Assembly (NCBI RefSeq): GCF_964194025.1
Contig: NC_134470.1
Span: forward strand, 69,688,001 to 69,752,000
From: Convolutriloba macropyga
Taxonomy: Eukaryota
Reading direction: 5' to 3'
DNA: 64,000 bases
In this document: positions 11,367 to 26,761 of the stretch, piece after piece
How the letters are laid out: the number at the start of each line of letters is the position of its first letter
How positions within the stretch are numbered: the stretch's first letter is position 1
Translations under genes and position numbers: made by a program
The notes under the pieces: generated by a model
The model's input: the letters and a program-made list of their open reading frames with translations, nothing else
Database searches by the model: none
What the model was told of the DNA's origin: nothing

Positions 11367-14237
11367 TCGGATAAGCAGTCTGTAAAGTTCGGCTGAGCAG
11401 AATTTGCTCAGACTGTGAAAATGATCTGCTCAAATTAAATTCATAGTTGATTTTTTTTATCTGTATTTTTTTACTATGATCAGCGTAAAAAATGACATGA
11501 ACACTACTACAGACTAATCAAACTCAGACAAAACAGTCCCATACAACCTTTAGAGCAAGCATTCTGATTGTATATATACTTAATTGATAGTAATTCATGA
11601 TCTATCATTTACTAACACCGAGCACACATTTCAAATTTAACAAATTGGTTACTCATTTTGTATTGTTTTCATTGAAATATGTCTGAAACAATTTTACTAT
11701 TTGATACTTTTTGTCTTTGAATTTTTTGTCTGTTCACATAAAACTTGAAATTAAGTGAAATCTACTCTCAAAATACAAATGAATGAGAGCTAAAAAATTG
11801 AGAAAGAATGTTCTAAGCAACTTGTTGCGATGTCTGGAATTGATTTTACACTTTTGTGTTGTAAAGCTTCAATTAAATTAAGATATTATCAATAGATCTC
11901 AACTCCTCCAATTGAAAAGGCAATCAATTGAAGAGAAGATTCAAATGACCAAAAACCTGCCCTTTACCCCAGCTTCTCAGCAGCTTCAGTGAATTGTACA
12001 TTTGGAGAATAGAAGGGGGGCCTTAAATAGTACTGCTCAGCGACTTAATGCCCTCCGTGCTTTACGTGTTTATCCCGTTTTTGAGGACAAAAAGGATTGA
12101 ACAAAAGTCGCATTAAAAAGACCACAGGACTAATATAGTGGCTACAAACTTTGTTTGAGAAGAAACCAAGAGAACCCCAATAAAAAGCTGTGATCGAAAT
12201 CGCTATGCAGTTATTATGAAACGCCTATCGTAAAAAGAACTCCTCTCGAACGACAGATAGCTGGCTTTGTTTTTGCACGAAGGGGGTAGAGCGGTATTAC
12301 CCTAGGATGGTAACAGTTTATTTACAGTCTTTTCGGTCGACAAAAAATGAGACCACTCAAGAGAACGGAAGAACAAGAAAGCATTCAAGCAAAACTTATC
12401 CATAAAAAGACACATACTTACAAAAAATGCTTCCAACTTCAAGAGCATTTAAAAAGAGTAACTCATCTGCGCCAAGTGAATTGCCTATATCACTGCGATG
12501 GTCACTATTGGCCCTCCATCCGTATCGCTTTTGATGACTGTTTTTGAAAAGTCTAAGCGTTCAGCCAGAAGAAGGGGAAAATTTGCACAAAAAAGGCTCA
12601 ACAGTTGTTAAAAGAACGCAAATAATTGCATCAAATTTTGTTTAGGAGCAAATAACAAGAATTGGGCAATGATATAACCGAAAAATTTTCCACGAATACG
12701 AATCTTTTTCAGATGACAGCAAAAAATAACAAAGAATCCAATTTTCTGCTCTGCTAATATTAAGAAATGGGACAAGGTTGTGGTTGCAAGAAACTGCAAA
12801 TCGAAAAGTCCAATATGCCGACTAGAGCAATCTCAAATAGTTCAGAAATAGGTTTAGGTGTAATAAAAATGAAGAGATAAATCAAACATAATTCGAGTAG
12901 ATGTTACAGGAAAATCAAAATCACTTCAACATAGGGGAATGTTAAACAGAATACGCTAAATTGTATACAAATTACTGTTAGAAATGTTCGTTGATACCAA
13001 AACCGACAGTTCAAGCTGACATTCTATAACCAAATTGAGCGAGCCAATAGTTGGCCATGCAGCTCAGCCTGGTAACTTTTTGGTAACAGAGCTAAAAGTC
13101 TAGTATTCCATGTTTCACTGTCGAGTTTTCGGTGGCATCCAATGAGCAGTAAGCTAAATGTTAAAATTTTATATTGCCATATTGAAACATTTCTGCAAAC
13201 GTTGTAAGCAATTGGAAAGCTAGACTACAGGAATTCCTCATATCTCGCAACATTCTCGAACTCCCATCAAACATTATGAGTTTGGCAGTTCGCCTGCTTG
13301 CCCGAAGCATATCACAATGGCTCGCAGCTTATTTGTTCAGTCCGTTTATGAGAGAACAAAATATAGTGCTGAGAACTCACTGAGTGTTTTGTTCGAATTT
13401 CCACTGTTGGTTTTTGAGAGTATCTGATGAAAACTGATTGAATTGTCCTAATCTATCCGTCGTTTTGATCAGCCGAGCGGAGATGAACTCTTGACTCCTG
13501 TAACACAGCAGCTCGACAAATCTTCAAACAAACGTTCCACAATACAAACATAGCCGACAAATTGCCCGAATATAGCCGCCATTGACCCCATTGACTGATG
13601 TTGGTATTGAACCAGAAGGGAACAAAAAGGGAAAAATTGACGAAAATCTATTTTTAAATTGTTTTCCAAGCATAAAAAACTCATTTGATCAGCAGTTTCA
13701 TTAGATTTGATAAATATTCTGGACAACAAACGTAATAATAATAGCAGTTAGACTAAACTCTAATGAACTTTGATATCAAAATGCACTTGGTTTTAAACAT
13801 TAAATCTTAACGCCCGGTCTTAATTGATTTATCCTGTTTCTTCGCCTCTTTAGCCTGCAACCTAATCAAGTAAATCCACTATCTGAGTTTTAAAATCTAT
13901 TAAGTTGAAATAGCGAGTGAGATAATTCAGAAATTAAAAGCGAAAGTGAAGACTTATGTAAAACGAATTAAGAAACATGGCAGAACCAGTCCTGGACTAC
14001 AATTCAAAGAACTGAAGCAACTGAAAATAACGTTATCAGCCACCTTTAAAGAACAGCCACCGATAACAAACAAATCAAATATCAAAACGTCCAGGAAAAA
14101 AAACAAAGACAATTGATAAAACAAATTTATTTCATTACGAAGTTTTATTCTCAACAAGGTCAACTTTAAAAGAAATTTACATAATGAGAAATTGGACAGC
14201 AAACTACAACTTTATAGAAAACAACTGCAGACACAGT

Positions 14238-17200
14238 ACAAGGCGGCTCGTTAATGTGCGTTCGCACATGATGTTCCGACCCGAGCTCATCTACATTTTT
14301 GACTAAAATGTCAACCAAATCAAGAGATAACAAAAATAGATGTTTGAGTTTAAAACAATCGTTACACATTCTATCTACTAATTGAATTACTAATGCCATG
14401 CTTCATTACAGCACCAACGTGACCTGACATTGAAGAGACTAGAAAAAAATAGCACCAACAAAATTTTGGCGGCAAAAAATGAATATCTAAATTTAAAAGC
14501 ACCTGGTAACAACGTCAAAATGCAGTCAGATAAAACCTTAACTACACAAGTTTACCTTTTACTAACTATACAGCAGATGAAAAGTTTTCTTAACGAGACT
14601 AGGTAACAAGCCGACAAAAAGAACGAACAGTGAGGCGAAACTTAAATATTAATCAACATTTTTTGCACCAAGAAAATTCAAAAATCTTAAAAAACATTGG
14701 TTTTTAATAAAAAAATCCTTGATAAATTACTAAAAAGTCATTACAAAACCAAAAGCACCCGTCTGTGGTCAGACTATGCCATAGAAACAAACTAAAGAGA
14801 AACTCAAAAAATTACAAACGATTTGCGAAAACACAAACCTTTGCTACCATTAAAATCAATACCTATCATCTGAATATGTATTTTTAATTCAGTTGTTATT
14901 TCTGCTATTTCAGTTGAAGGATTTATACTGAAAGATTAAATAAGTTTACTTGGGCCACATTTAAAAACCATTGGGATCTGTTATTACGCGATTGTTCTGA
15001 AGGAAGAGAAAAAGAAACGCAAAAAATGGCCATTCAATAAACGTTCAGAAAAACGAAACAACAGTGGCACATAATATCAATATATATATGTTATTTCTTG
15101 AAATACACGAAATTCGATGGGACATCTGATTGATGAATAGAAGTTAAATTTGACGAAAGGAACCTATTCGCTATATACTGAATGTTTCGAGCAACATCAT
15201 TCATTCAGTCCTCAATTACAAGCCTATGAGATCTGTGAGCAATTTACGGCTACCTAAAGAACAAAAACAGCGAATTCAGGAAAAAAAATTGAGCGACAAA
15301 AGGGTCGAAGGCATTAAAAAAATGAACTTTTCACTAAACACTCTTCAATTTTAAATTAATTTTTCAGGAGCAATGGGAAAACCTTTTTTATCAATATAAT
15401 TTCAAAAAATCAACAAATATAAACAAATACATTAGACGCACGAAAATTGCGGGAAAACACGTATTATCAACGCCATTAAATTCATTAGCCTTCAACGGAA
15501 GCCAGTATATACAATAAATGATGCCTCGAGGGGACAATAAGTTTTTTTGCCAATCGTATTTCATCAATAAGACCTTACAACAAGTTAATGACTATGAAAA
15601 CAACAACAGAGAGAGGCAAAAACCACAAATTCAGTAGAAAAGTGCCTGAAGAAAATGTCGAAGCAACTCAAATCATTAGCTCTTCCCTGAAAACTTTATT
15701 TATGATCCGTTGAACTTCTTCCCTAAACCAATAGGGACTCTCAGCAGTAAGATGATGTGATAAGATTTCAAAAGGATCGAAAAACAAAATAAAGTACCCA
15801 AAAAAAATATGAATTCTCGTGGCATTGATGTTTTAAAACTAATAGGTAGAAGATAAAATCGCTAACCAGATTAATTTTGGCTATAGTAGAACGGAAATGG
15901 ATTCTGTTAGAACCAACAATGACCAAGAGTATTCACGAAAAAAAATTAGGAATGGTTGAATTTCAAAAAAGTTTCGAAAAATTATTTTTAAACCCTTAAC
16001 AGCCAGTAAACTCAATCTTTCATCGGAGCTCAATGACGATGCTCAGATATAACCCATAGGGAGGAAAATGATGTCTGTCATGCATAGATAGTTAAAAAGA
16101 CATCACAATAAGTCTTATGACAGAAAACAATAACAAAAACAGCAAAAACTAAAATTCAGTAGAAAAATGCGAGAAGAAAGTGTCGAAGACAATTAAACCA
16201 TTAGCTATTCTCTGAAAACTTTCTCTGTGATCCACTGAACGTCCTCTCTAAGCCAATTGGATTACAATAATCTTTGGATAATGTGATAAAGAGTTCAAAA
16301 GTGACCAATAATTCAAAAAATCCAAAAAAAAAATTTAAAAAAATTGAAATCTTTGTCATTGAAGTCATATAACCAATAGCTAGAAGATAAAACAGCTAAA
16401 CAGAATATTTTTAGTCGCAGTAAAAAGCAAGTGGGTCCAGTCAATACTGAAACTCACTAACAGTTCAAGAAAAATTTAGGAATTGTTATTGTTCAAATAA
16501 AATTTTCGAAAAATGATTTTTATTTTAACAGACATTAAATTCAATAGCTTTCAACGGAAGTCAATAAAAACGCTCAAAGATGCCCCGGTGGCAGTAAATT
16601 TATGTTTGTCATGCATAGGTATTCATTATGAGATCACAGTAAGTATAATGACTATTAAAACAACAAAAAAAAAACAGGAGAAAACCAAAAAATCAGTAGA
16701 AAAGTGCAAGAAGAACGTGTCGAAGCCATTTAAACCATAAATTTTTGTTTAAAATTTTTATTGGCCATCCACAGAACATCGTTTTTAAGCTAATGGGAAC
16801 TGTCAATATTTGGATAATGTGATAAGATTTCAAAAGTAACCAATAATACGTAAAAATCCAAAAAAAATTTTAAAAAATTGAAATTTTTTGTCATTGAAGT
16901 CATATAACCAATAGATAGAAGATAAAACCGCTAACCAGTTTAATTTTGGTTGCAGTAGGAAGGAAGAGGGTGCTCTCACCCCTGGACTGACTTACAATTC
17001 ACTATAATAAGATTATGATTCTTTAATATTCAAAAAAAAATTCGAAAAATTATTTTTTAAGTCTTAACAGCCATTAGCCGCCCCCTCAATGAAATAGACA
17101 TGTTCACTTAATGCTCATTATGGAACATATTGCACTGTTAGTCAATGAATCCCTACCACAGGACTCCAAAAAAAAATAGTAAAACTTCAAAAAGAAATTC

Positions 17201-17815
17201 AAAATTTCATTCAAAATTACGAAAACTCAGAATCGAAGCCAAAAAAAAACATGAGCAATTCCTTGAAAACGACGTTTTTTGTTCATTGCGCTTCATTCGA
17301 CTATAAAGGAGTTTTGTCATTAATAGAACGTCGATATAAAATGTGACTTGTCTCTAGGTGACTTAAAAAAGCAAAAAAGAGAAAAGTTTTATTAAAAAAA
17401 GGGCTCTCAATTAGAGTTCGATTTTTTTTTGATAGTGAACTTCCCTATGAGACCAGAACTAGTCTTTCTATCGCCTTGCATTCAACTTTTACGAACTCAA
17501 AATTTATTCTTTTTATAGAAATTTGAATTAATGTTTTCGTAAAAAAGATCTTAGTTTGAAGAAAATTGTACTAAAAGTGAACAATCATGCTAAAGATCCC
17601 ATTGTTCACACAAAACTTCAATCCTCGATAACTCCTCGAAAAAAACGAAATTCAAAAAAATCTTTTTACTTTTGAATTCTACGCTGGACCAGCTTTTTAA
17701 TGATACCACTCACATTTCTCTACGACGAATATATCGATCGGCCAAAATTCACTGAACAAAAAAAAAAACCCATTTGAGTATATAGTTCCTTCCCCCACAA
17801 GTGGGGTCGGAACAA
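14238..17815 (-). mobile_element. DINE-1/HINE-like family F element with about three internal ~530-540 bp tandem units
   Basis: Hairpin ATGTGCGTTCGCACAT 14254-14269; subTIR TGTTCCGACCC 14272-14282 / GGGTCGGAACA 17804-17814; unit anchors near 15473, 16002, 16531, 17071. Confidence 0.75.
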
Positions 17816-19590
17816 TAAGGAAAACACAGACAATAGGAAAACAAAAAGAATTTTACGAAGGTCATTGAAGTCAGTCAACAAAATAAAACGATTAACCACG
17901 CGCACATAAAGCTTGCAATCTTCAACATTTATTGCACCATCTATCAATAGAAAGCATATATAATTCTTAATGAAGACAATCAATTGGGGTACCATGATGC
18001 AAATGAAGGCAACAATCAAAAGTTCAAAAACTGTCGATACCAAATGCTGTCAAAGCCAATTGAATTGTAAGAATTGATCTTAAATCATTCAGACGACCCA
18101 ATAATACTTAATTGGAGTGCAAATAAGACCTATGATTAATGAGAGTAACCGGCAAGACAATACAAAACAATTAAAACAACAATCATTACAAAAATTTTTT
18201 GAACGAAAGCCGTGTCCGTAGTCGTGAAAACTGTCAGATATGAAAGAAAACTATTTAAAAAGATTCAATATCGATTTGAGAGCATAGAGATCTGCCAATA
18301 TTTAAACTAAGCGGCATAACAAAAACAACTACAAGAACTCGCTAAATAAAAAAATAAGATCTTTTGACAGATCAACAAAAAACTACAAAGAGGGGGCGAA
18401 ATCTAAAAAAAACTGTTTTTGAAAGTAAGTGGCGTCAAAGTAGTGAAAAATCTAAGATATGAATAAAAACTTTTAAAATAATTTATATGGGGCACATAAT
18501 AGAGCCACTTAGAGCTGTCAAAATAAAGATAATTGACAACACAAAAGATGGAAAAATCCAAAAAAAGATTTTCGAACAGTTTCGGTCGTTAAAACCATTA
18601 AAATAAACTCAAATCAGTAAATTAAATTAACGCCATTGAGACCAACTATTGATGAGACTTAATAACAAAATAAAAACATTTGTCTGTTGCGGAATTTAAA
18701 ACGACTGCAACTACGCAATGGTAAACACCCGTATTGTCAATATGACGCACAAAAATTGCTTTTAAAAATCAAGAATGTATTTAAACACTATTTTATCAGT
18801 TCGCTTTCAAGTGCACTTTGAAAAATGCCCGTTGAACTGATCTTAAAAAAGAGACAGAGCACCAATAGAATTCAAACTTTAAATTGTAAAAAAACATGGT
18901 AAGACCTGAAAAACAAGCCAAAGAACGAATAAAACGAATATCTAAACATCAATCACGTCATAGTTAATAAAATTTATAACGATACATTCAGGAAAACGAT
19001 CAAAAAAGAGAAAAATTGTGTGAAAGAATAACTTTGAATTCTCCTTTTTTTAAGTAAGCCATTAGTGTCAAAGTCTTTTAAGCCGATAAGAAATTCCGGA
19101 TCTTTACGCACCCCCTGTTTCCGAGCACGTGTCATATGCACCCATTAACTTGGAGGGGTGGCAAACGTAAAAGATCACAAAATCTGACTTAGTTTTCACA
19201 ATACGCTCCCTTTAACAAACTTTACACAACACGCGTACACAAAATTTGAAGAAAACCGAAGTAGTTGGGGATGAAAAATGAATTTAACTCGGGGCTTAGA
19301 AATAGTGCCAGAGTCATTAAATTACGCACCAATACAAAAAAAACCATAGCCACGTCAAACTATCTGCCGTCAGAAAGCACATTGCAAATGAGACTTCTAA
19401 TTAATAAAACTACCCGAAAAGACAAAAGGAATTTAAAGTCATTAAAACTGTTTGTTCTGAACTGAAACCACTTCAATTATGTCAATCAATTAAGTTTAAT
19501 CATAAAGAATCAAAAACAACTGTCTCACAAAAACAGATTTAATCAAGGAATTAATTTGAAATGAAAAAAGCGCGTCAGACGAATAAACAA

Positions 19591-20870
19591 AAACATAGCA
19601 GGACAAGTCCTAATCTACAATTCAAACTAGTTTCATTGACTAAACAAAAAACTAAACAAGAATGGACTATGGATGGATTGGAACACCATTTTGAAAAAAA
19701 ATCCGAAGAACAGTAAAAAAAAGTGAAATTGCCGTATGTAAACAAAAAAACACAAGCGAGACAGTAAATTTTTGTTCACACACGGTATTCTCACTCGGCT
19801 TTAAAACTCTAGCGAAAAAATTTGTGCGACAAATTCGCTCGCTTTTTCTATCCACTTCCTGTTTCGGCCTGCCCAAAATCATCACTTCAATTTGACAACA
19901 AATATCATGAAAAAGTGTGACAATATCTTATCAAAAGACAGCTCCCCAAAAGAAATCGAATTCTTTTAATTGCAAAAACATAGCTCGAAGATTTTTCCGA
20001 CTCGGAGAGCTGTCTCTGCCAATAAACTGTCACGTCGATAAAGTAGTACCCACCTATAGGCATTTTAAAAGATATTTGAAGAATATTCACGAAAGAAGCA
20101 CTTTAAAACAATTCACGAAAGAAGCACTTTAAAACCAACTAGAAAAATAAAAAAAAGTTTTAATAGTACACGGGCAAAAAAAGCCAAGGATGAGTTTCTT
20201 TAGGCAACAAAGAGCATAGAAATGCTTGCAAAACAAAAGGCAAGTCATAATAAGCTAAGAAACTTGTCTAAGATTCTAGAAAAAACCCGACGAACTGCAA
20301 GAAAATTTAAAAATATTTCTCGTTTTTGTCATACTTCAACAAAAAAAGTTTTACACCAACAAAACTGTAATCACTTGGTATCTAAACACTCCTTAAATAA
20401 TAGACTTCTTTTCAAATCCAACTTAAAGCAGTAACACAAACTAATAGGCGAAAAATCGCTAAAATTTGCCAATCAGGAGTAGCTTCGAAATGGACCTCCA
20501 CCGAGGAAACCTTCCGCAAGGAAGCTCAGATCACTAAATAGTTTACAGAGAGGGCCGTATAGGAATAGTGAATTATTGAACCTCAACCAAAAACTATTAA
20601 CAAAAAACTGTTTGAAAAAGCCGAATGTGGACAAATCGCTCCCCCAGAGAATTTTTCCACACTTGTTTCTCACATTCCCGAAAACAGTGGTATGAACAAA
20701 AACCACTGTTTTACCTCCACTCTTCAATTTTTCTCAGCAACCAAATAACTCCTACGCGTTTCATTTCCTTTTTCAAAACTCACCTCAATAAAATTCATTA
20801 AAAACACCAGGAGTCGTAAAAAAACCAGAAACACCGCAATCTAGCTATGCTCAGTTACGCAGCTATAAAA
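19591..20870 (-). mobile_element. Family C (19591-19975) then family A (19977-20819), both inside the end of a family D element
   Basis: C left end AAACATAGCAGGACAAGTCCT..TACAATTCAAA; C right end TTTAATTGCA; A right end GAGTCGT-AAAA; D terminal stub ending GCAGCTATAAAA. Confidence 0.65.
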
Positions 20871-23800
20871 AGACACGGACATACATCCACGAAGACATCA
20901 CAAAAGTGGTGACCTCAATACTTTTAAAATAACTACAATGCTTTCCTTTTGAGTCCCTCCATGTCGTCCTGATTGACAAGTGCAGAAACTTTAGCAGCCA
21001 CACTCGTGTCTCCCAACTGGTCCATTCCCATCATAGAGGCCGAAAGAGACGCCGAAAGAGTCGTTGCCCCACTAGCCTCCAAACCCCCACCAACTCCCGC
21101 ATACAGAGCAGAACTGCTTTCTCTATCTTACCGGTGCTTGTAATTCACTCCCTTTTTCTTAGAAGATCACGACAGTGTTACGGCAACTGAGCGCAATTAT
21201 AATCAGTTATGTATATAGTACAATACTATGCCTATATTTAAAAAAAATGCTTCAGACAAACATTGTCAACATCACCAAACCAGATATCTGATTATTTCTT
21301 TCAAATCCTTGAGTGATTTACACTATTGTGGGGAATCAGAGCATTACATAAATCTACTCAGGAGTTTATTTGAAGGCGAGAGAAAACAGTTAGCCAGCCT
21401 CTTCTGTATCGTCTACATGATGTCCACTACGACTGATCTCTGGAAAACTATTCATTGGCCTCATTTCAACATCTGAATTAAAAATCAAACCTCAGGGATC
21501 CAGCTGGTTTACACAAAAACTACGATTGATCTCTCGCATAGTCAACTAGGAGGTTTATTTCAAAGCTGTCACAGAAGTCCTCCTTCTATACCTTGAACTT
21601 TTTCAACAGTTTTCAACAGTTAAAAATATTTTATCCAAAACACTATATTCACATATAAACTCTATATTCTAAATAGCACTGCTTCATCATAGGGGGCTCC
21701 TAAACTACTGGCTTGAATCTGAGATGCCTTCAGAGAGTTTCAAAGTCTCGTGTTTCTTTACTTACTTATATACTGTTACATTTGCCAGATTTCCATCCAT
21801 TTCAGCAGAACAGAAAAATCAGAATGTATAAATTTAGTCATTTTTAAGCTGATAAAAACCTGCAACACACTTTCGTACAGAGCCCGTTCACGTTAGATGA
21901 CGTTGAATAATCTTTCATTAAAAGGACACAAAATGTGCGCTTTGCAATGTTATACAAGCAAAATCGTTGCACTAGTGTCATTAGATCAGAATAGTAATAT
22001 CCGATTTTTTTCATTTCAACTGACTTCTCTCAAAAAGATTTTATGGCACAGCAAAAATAGAAAATCCCCTTAAAATTTCTGAAACTAAACCCGTTTAATG
22101 ATTACAAACACAGTCCCTCGTTCTCTTAAGTAAATGACAACAATTAGCCAATAACTAAAACCTCAAGTCTTTTTAAACAAACAACCATTTTTCAAAAATT
22201 GTGAAAAACTTTTGACAAAAAACTACTGTTTAGCTTTTCTGACTACCTGAAATTTTTACAAAGAAAATTTGATAACAAAAGAATATGAGTTTTCACAGAC
22301 ACGTAGTTTTTAAATTTATGCCCTTGCAAATTCAAAGAATCGGCCATATTAATGCAGCATGCAAATCCATGAAACCTTTAAACACTCATCTGGTTTTCAA
22401 AATTGACAAAAAGATAATTGATTTGCGGCACAATAAAACAAAAAAAAATGCCTACAGCAAGAATTTCAAAATTATTGCATGGAATACGAGAAAAATACTA
22501 ACGACTAAAATAGGATGAATTGCAACGACTTATGGGCGATCAATTTTGTTACAACCTGAGTAAACTGCTTCCGATAATGATGGGGAGGTGGTATACGCGA
22601 GGCACCAGTAGGTTCTTTATTTTTCAAATGTTTATAGTGCTAACAGAGGTCATTAGTAACAATTTGGTAAAGCGAACAGTGAAGGAGAGTAAATCGGCGC
22701 GCTCTTCATTTAACTAATAGTAGTGAAATGCCACCACATGGGTTCCACTGCTTAAGGTTTTGAATAAGAGATCAAATTAGATAAGGCTGAAATCAAAACT
22801 TCAAGAGTGTAAAAATTCACTCGAAAAGTTGAAACAACACGCTCAAGCAAAAACTGCATAAAGACGCAGCGACTACAACAATTGCTTCAAACTTGTTGGA
22901 GAGCAAGTAAAAGAATTTCAGCGAAGTAAAAATGAAATCAATGCAATGATTGTTTTCTTTAAAATGTCAATAATTAATTGTTTTTTTTTCTCAAAAAAGA
23001 CTCTGGATTAATTAGTTTTCTTCATCATTCAAAAAACTTTCGGCGCACGGATCTAAAAGCATTTTTACTTTATTGCAAAATAACGGTCTATGGGACCATT
23101 TAACTTTCAATGCAATTAAATCCCAAAGAAACCTCGCCGGCTTAAGGAGGAGGAATTGTTATCAACAGACAGCAAATATCTGTTGACAAGCTTATTAATA
23201 ACAATGGCCTCTAGTCGTAGCTAACAAATTAAATCAAAAACTATTAAACGCAAACCGTATTCTATCTTTAAAAATCAGATGGCGCTTTAAAATTGGGAAA
23301 CTGTTACGATTAATATGCGTGTAGCCAATTTATTGCTGCAAACGGTGTCTGAGAGCAATAAAAAACTAACGAAAATGGAACTTTTGATATCACACTGAGA
23401 TAGATGAAAATTTTCAAAAGCTAGATACAGATCAGACCATTTTTAAAACCTAGATGCATATATAGCAATGAATTTTCAAAACCTCGATGCAGATATAGCA
23501 ATGAATAAAACAATATATTGAATAACGTTAAAAAGTTACATTTTAGTACTCAGGTTAGGTTCTACATATCATTTTTCTGTTTCATTACCTTTTTATCTGC
23601 TTTCATAATTTTCCCTCACGCTTTTTAACTTCCAGTCAATTTTTACTTGTCATTAGAATCATCGGTAATAGTCAATTTTGCTTGGTTATATTAGCTTCAA
23701 TAGGGTTCAGCTTTTCAATAGATTTCTTTTTTATCGTTTGTCACTGGTTGATTTTTGCACCCATTACTTAAAGTGTTATTGAGTACAATTTTTCGTTTTC

Positions 23801-24229
23801 TTTTGAAGCTCAAATGACAGGTGTTTGAAGAAGTACAATTCATAATTATAAGGTTCCAGAACGACTCAGGAATCTTAACCAGTTCATATGGCACTGGTGA
23901 CTATCGGAAGAGGATAGCAAGGCCTGCTTTAGCCTCGAAGTTCTGGAGACTTAAGACAATCGGTTTTGGGTTGCTAATGGGACGCAGAAAAGCTGAAGGA
24001 CATAAGGACGCATGTGAACAAATTTGCTAAGAAATTTTTACGTCGTTTGAATTTATTTTTAAGCCCTAATGAGATGCTTATCCCTTCACGCGTATTAAAA
24101 TATTAAGTATAATAGTTTTAGCCAATTCAGTACAAATAGCAAATAGTTGAGTTTATCATTGCCAGGAATAAGTCATGCGTTTGCTTCTCTTTTACAAAGG
24201 ACTCTCTAAATGAAAGAGGAGACTCGGTA

Positions 24230-26396
24230 ATGCTCATCCACATTTGGCATAAATGTCAACCAAATGAGGAACAGATAGAAAACCCCCAACAATTCAAATA
24301 TTTTTCAAAAAAATGTGTAACAAAAAGATCGCCTCAAACTCAAATATCTCAGTGGAGTAAAAATACCGCATTAGATTGATGAGATCAGCCATTATTAAGA
24401 AAGCAAGTCAAGACGAACAATAAAATCAAACACCAATAACAACAAACATTAATGATATTAAAAACTTTGTTCACTTAAAAAAAAACTTATTAACAATGTC
24501 AACAAAGCGTAAGATAAAACTTAGAATAAACAAAATAACTTTTACTTCAATAGAAACGATACGAGACCACTCCAGAATAAGTCTCGGTAATAATTATACA
24601 AAAATAAAACAAAACGAACAGCAAAGTAAAAAAAATCGCTTTAAAAAATATATAAATTTCAAAGAAATGAAAAGCATTAGATAGCAATTGAAAACATCCA
24701 TCATATTTGTAAACACATACTTCTCTATACGAGCGCACTAGGAGCTCCCGTTATTCAATTTATTATGCGGTTGCAAAAAGAACAACAACTAGAGACAAAT
24801 AAAAATTCAATTAAAACTTGAGACAAAACGCTGTCGAAGCCGTAAAGCCAAATTTGGCCCTTCAAAATATACTCAGTTGAGCCTTCCTCGAACGCAAAAA
24901 TAAGGTATGCGGCCTGTCATTAATGAGTAATAGGCCTGTCATAAATAGGTAAAAATTAGAAAAAAAAATCAAGTGGTACTTTTGCGACTTTGAAGACATT
25001 TATTTTCAAAGTCATGAAAGTCATCAGCTACAAAATGAAATAATTAAATACGTTTGTTTATTCGTCCAAAGGAAGCGCTTGAGACCTGTAGTTATTTAGA
25101 ATATGTCTTACGTTTACATAAAGAACGTCAAATATAAATAAAAATCAAAAATTAGTTTACCTTTTTGCGAAAAGCCCGTGTCGAAGCCAGTAAATTCATT
25201 ACGAATTCTTTAAAAACATTAGATGTTGTACACTTGCACCTTCCCTCGACAACAGAGATGTCATATTTTTCCTGAAATTAACGAGTCTAGGTAGCTCTAG
25301 GTAAGAAAACCAAAAATTTAGTATGGGAACTGTCAAAAATTTGGTAATGTGACAAAATGAGAAAAAACGGTGAAAAAAAGCGCCAATGACTAAAAATCAG
25401 AATCAAAAAATTTTGTGAAATCTAGTAGTATCAAAGACAGAAAACCCTAACTTAAAGCGTAAAACCACAACAAAATTTAATTTGAATTCGGTAGAAAGAA
25501 GAGGAAGAAGAAGAAGCATTCTTTTTTTTCTGACATTAAGCTACAAATAGACCAAATTGAGAGAAAAACAGTAGCAACGTTCAATGACCCATTGTGTTTT
25601 TTAAAAAATCAAACACTTTTAAAAGTCAAAACGTGCACAATCTTTCGAGTGAAGAAGCTATACAAAAAACTTTCGAACTGGTAAGGAAGCCATTTAGACC
25701 TATCAACAGTGAGCTTTGATTTGAAACGTTCTGTTCTTTAATTAACAAAAAAAGATCAAAATTTTTTAAAGACCAACTGAATACAACTGATTGTTTCAAG
25801 TGTCATAGATCTAGATAATTTGTTAGTTAAAAGACCAAAAATAGATGCTGCGTTTTTGAAAATCAGAGTGCAGTTAGCAAAAAACGGCAAAAATTTAATT
25901 CTAGACTACTCTCAATGGAAGTAGAAGCAAGACTAGCTCCCTTTGTAGTTTACAAAGATTGTGTTTGTTGTTTGTTTTTGGGTGTGCACTACGGGCAAAT
26001 TTTATCAAAGGGATCTAAAGTAGCTTATTTCGGGCAATTTTTGATGAAAAATGCTGAATTTTGAAATACGTAGCCAAAATTTTAGCCAAAAAATTATATC
26101 AAAATAGTCATCAATACTATTTTGTCTTTAAAAATAAAGCCAGCAGTACTATTGTTAACAATTTTTACATTTTTTTTTACAATTTTTACATAAAAATGAC
26201 GCAAATCGGTCTAATATTCACAAAAATTCAAACCCCGATAACTCGCTCTCTAAAACAAATTCAAAAAAATCTTTTTTTCGTTCAATATTCTACGCTGGAC
26301 GGGCTTTTTAATGACGCCACTTACAACTCTCTACGATCAAAATATCGATCGACCAAAATTGTCTGAACAAAAAAACTCATTTGAGTATATAGTTCC
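24230..26396 (-). mobile_element. Diverged, truncated family F element
   Basis: Shares ATGTCAACCAAAT near the left end and TCTACGCTGGAC...GAGTATATAGTTCC at the right end with the other F copies. Confidence 0.5.
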
Positions 26397-26574
26397 GTGT
26401 TTAATTTTATCAACTTAAGAATGAAGATCTAGTCTGACTTATTGGCACGCACAATTAAAATTTGCCACAGGCCTCTCTGAGAATGTTACAAAAAAGTTGA
26501 AAATCAAATATCTAAATTAAAATTCTGTTCCCTACAAAAATATCATATCAACAGCCACATGATAAACATTATAA

Positions 26575-26580
26575 TTTATT
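26575..26580 (-). promoter_or_regulatory. Candidate polyadenylation signal for TMEM248
   Basis: AATAAA on the minus strand about 180 nt after the stop codon. Confidence 0.4.
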
Positions 26581-26761
26581 GTTATTTACAAGTAAGCCAG
26601 CCACCAATGAACATTCAAGACAGGTTAGTGAATAGATATATTATAACTCAAACATAAAATAAACTTATCAGGTTATGCTTTCAATGCTAAAACTAAGCAG
26701 TTTTTGACGGCAATTATAAACTTTTGCACCCTTTGACAGAAATCAGCAAAACAGCGTCAAA

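Noticed and set aside
12600-13450. Possible minus-strand LINE RT relic
   Set aside because: Only faint motif resemblance; not supportable without a profile search.
21228-21800. Extension of the coding-like island
   Set aside because: Stop density in the best frame looks random.
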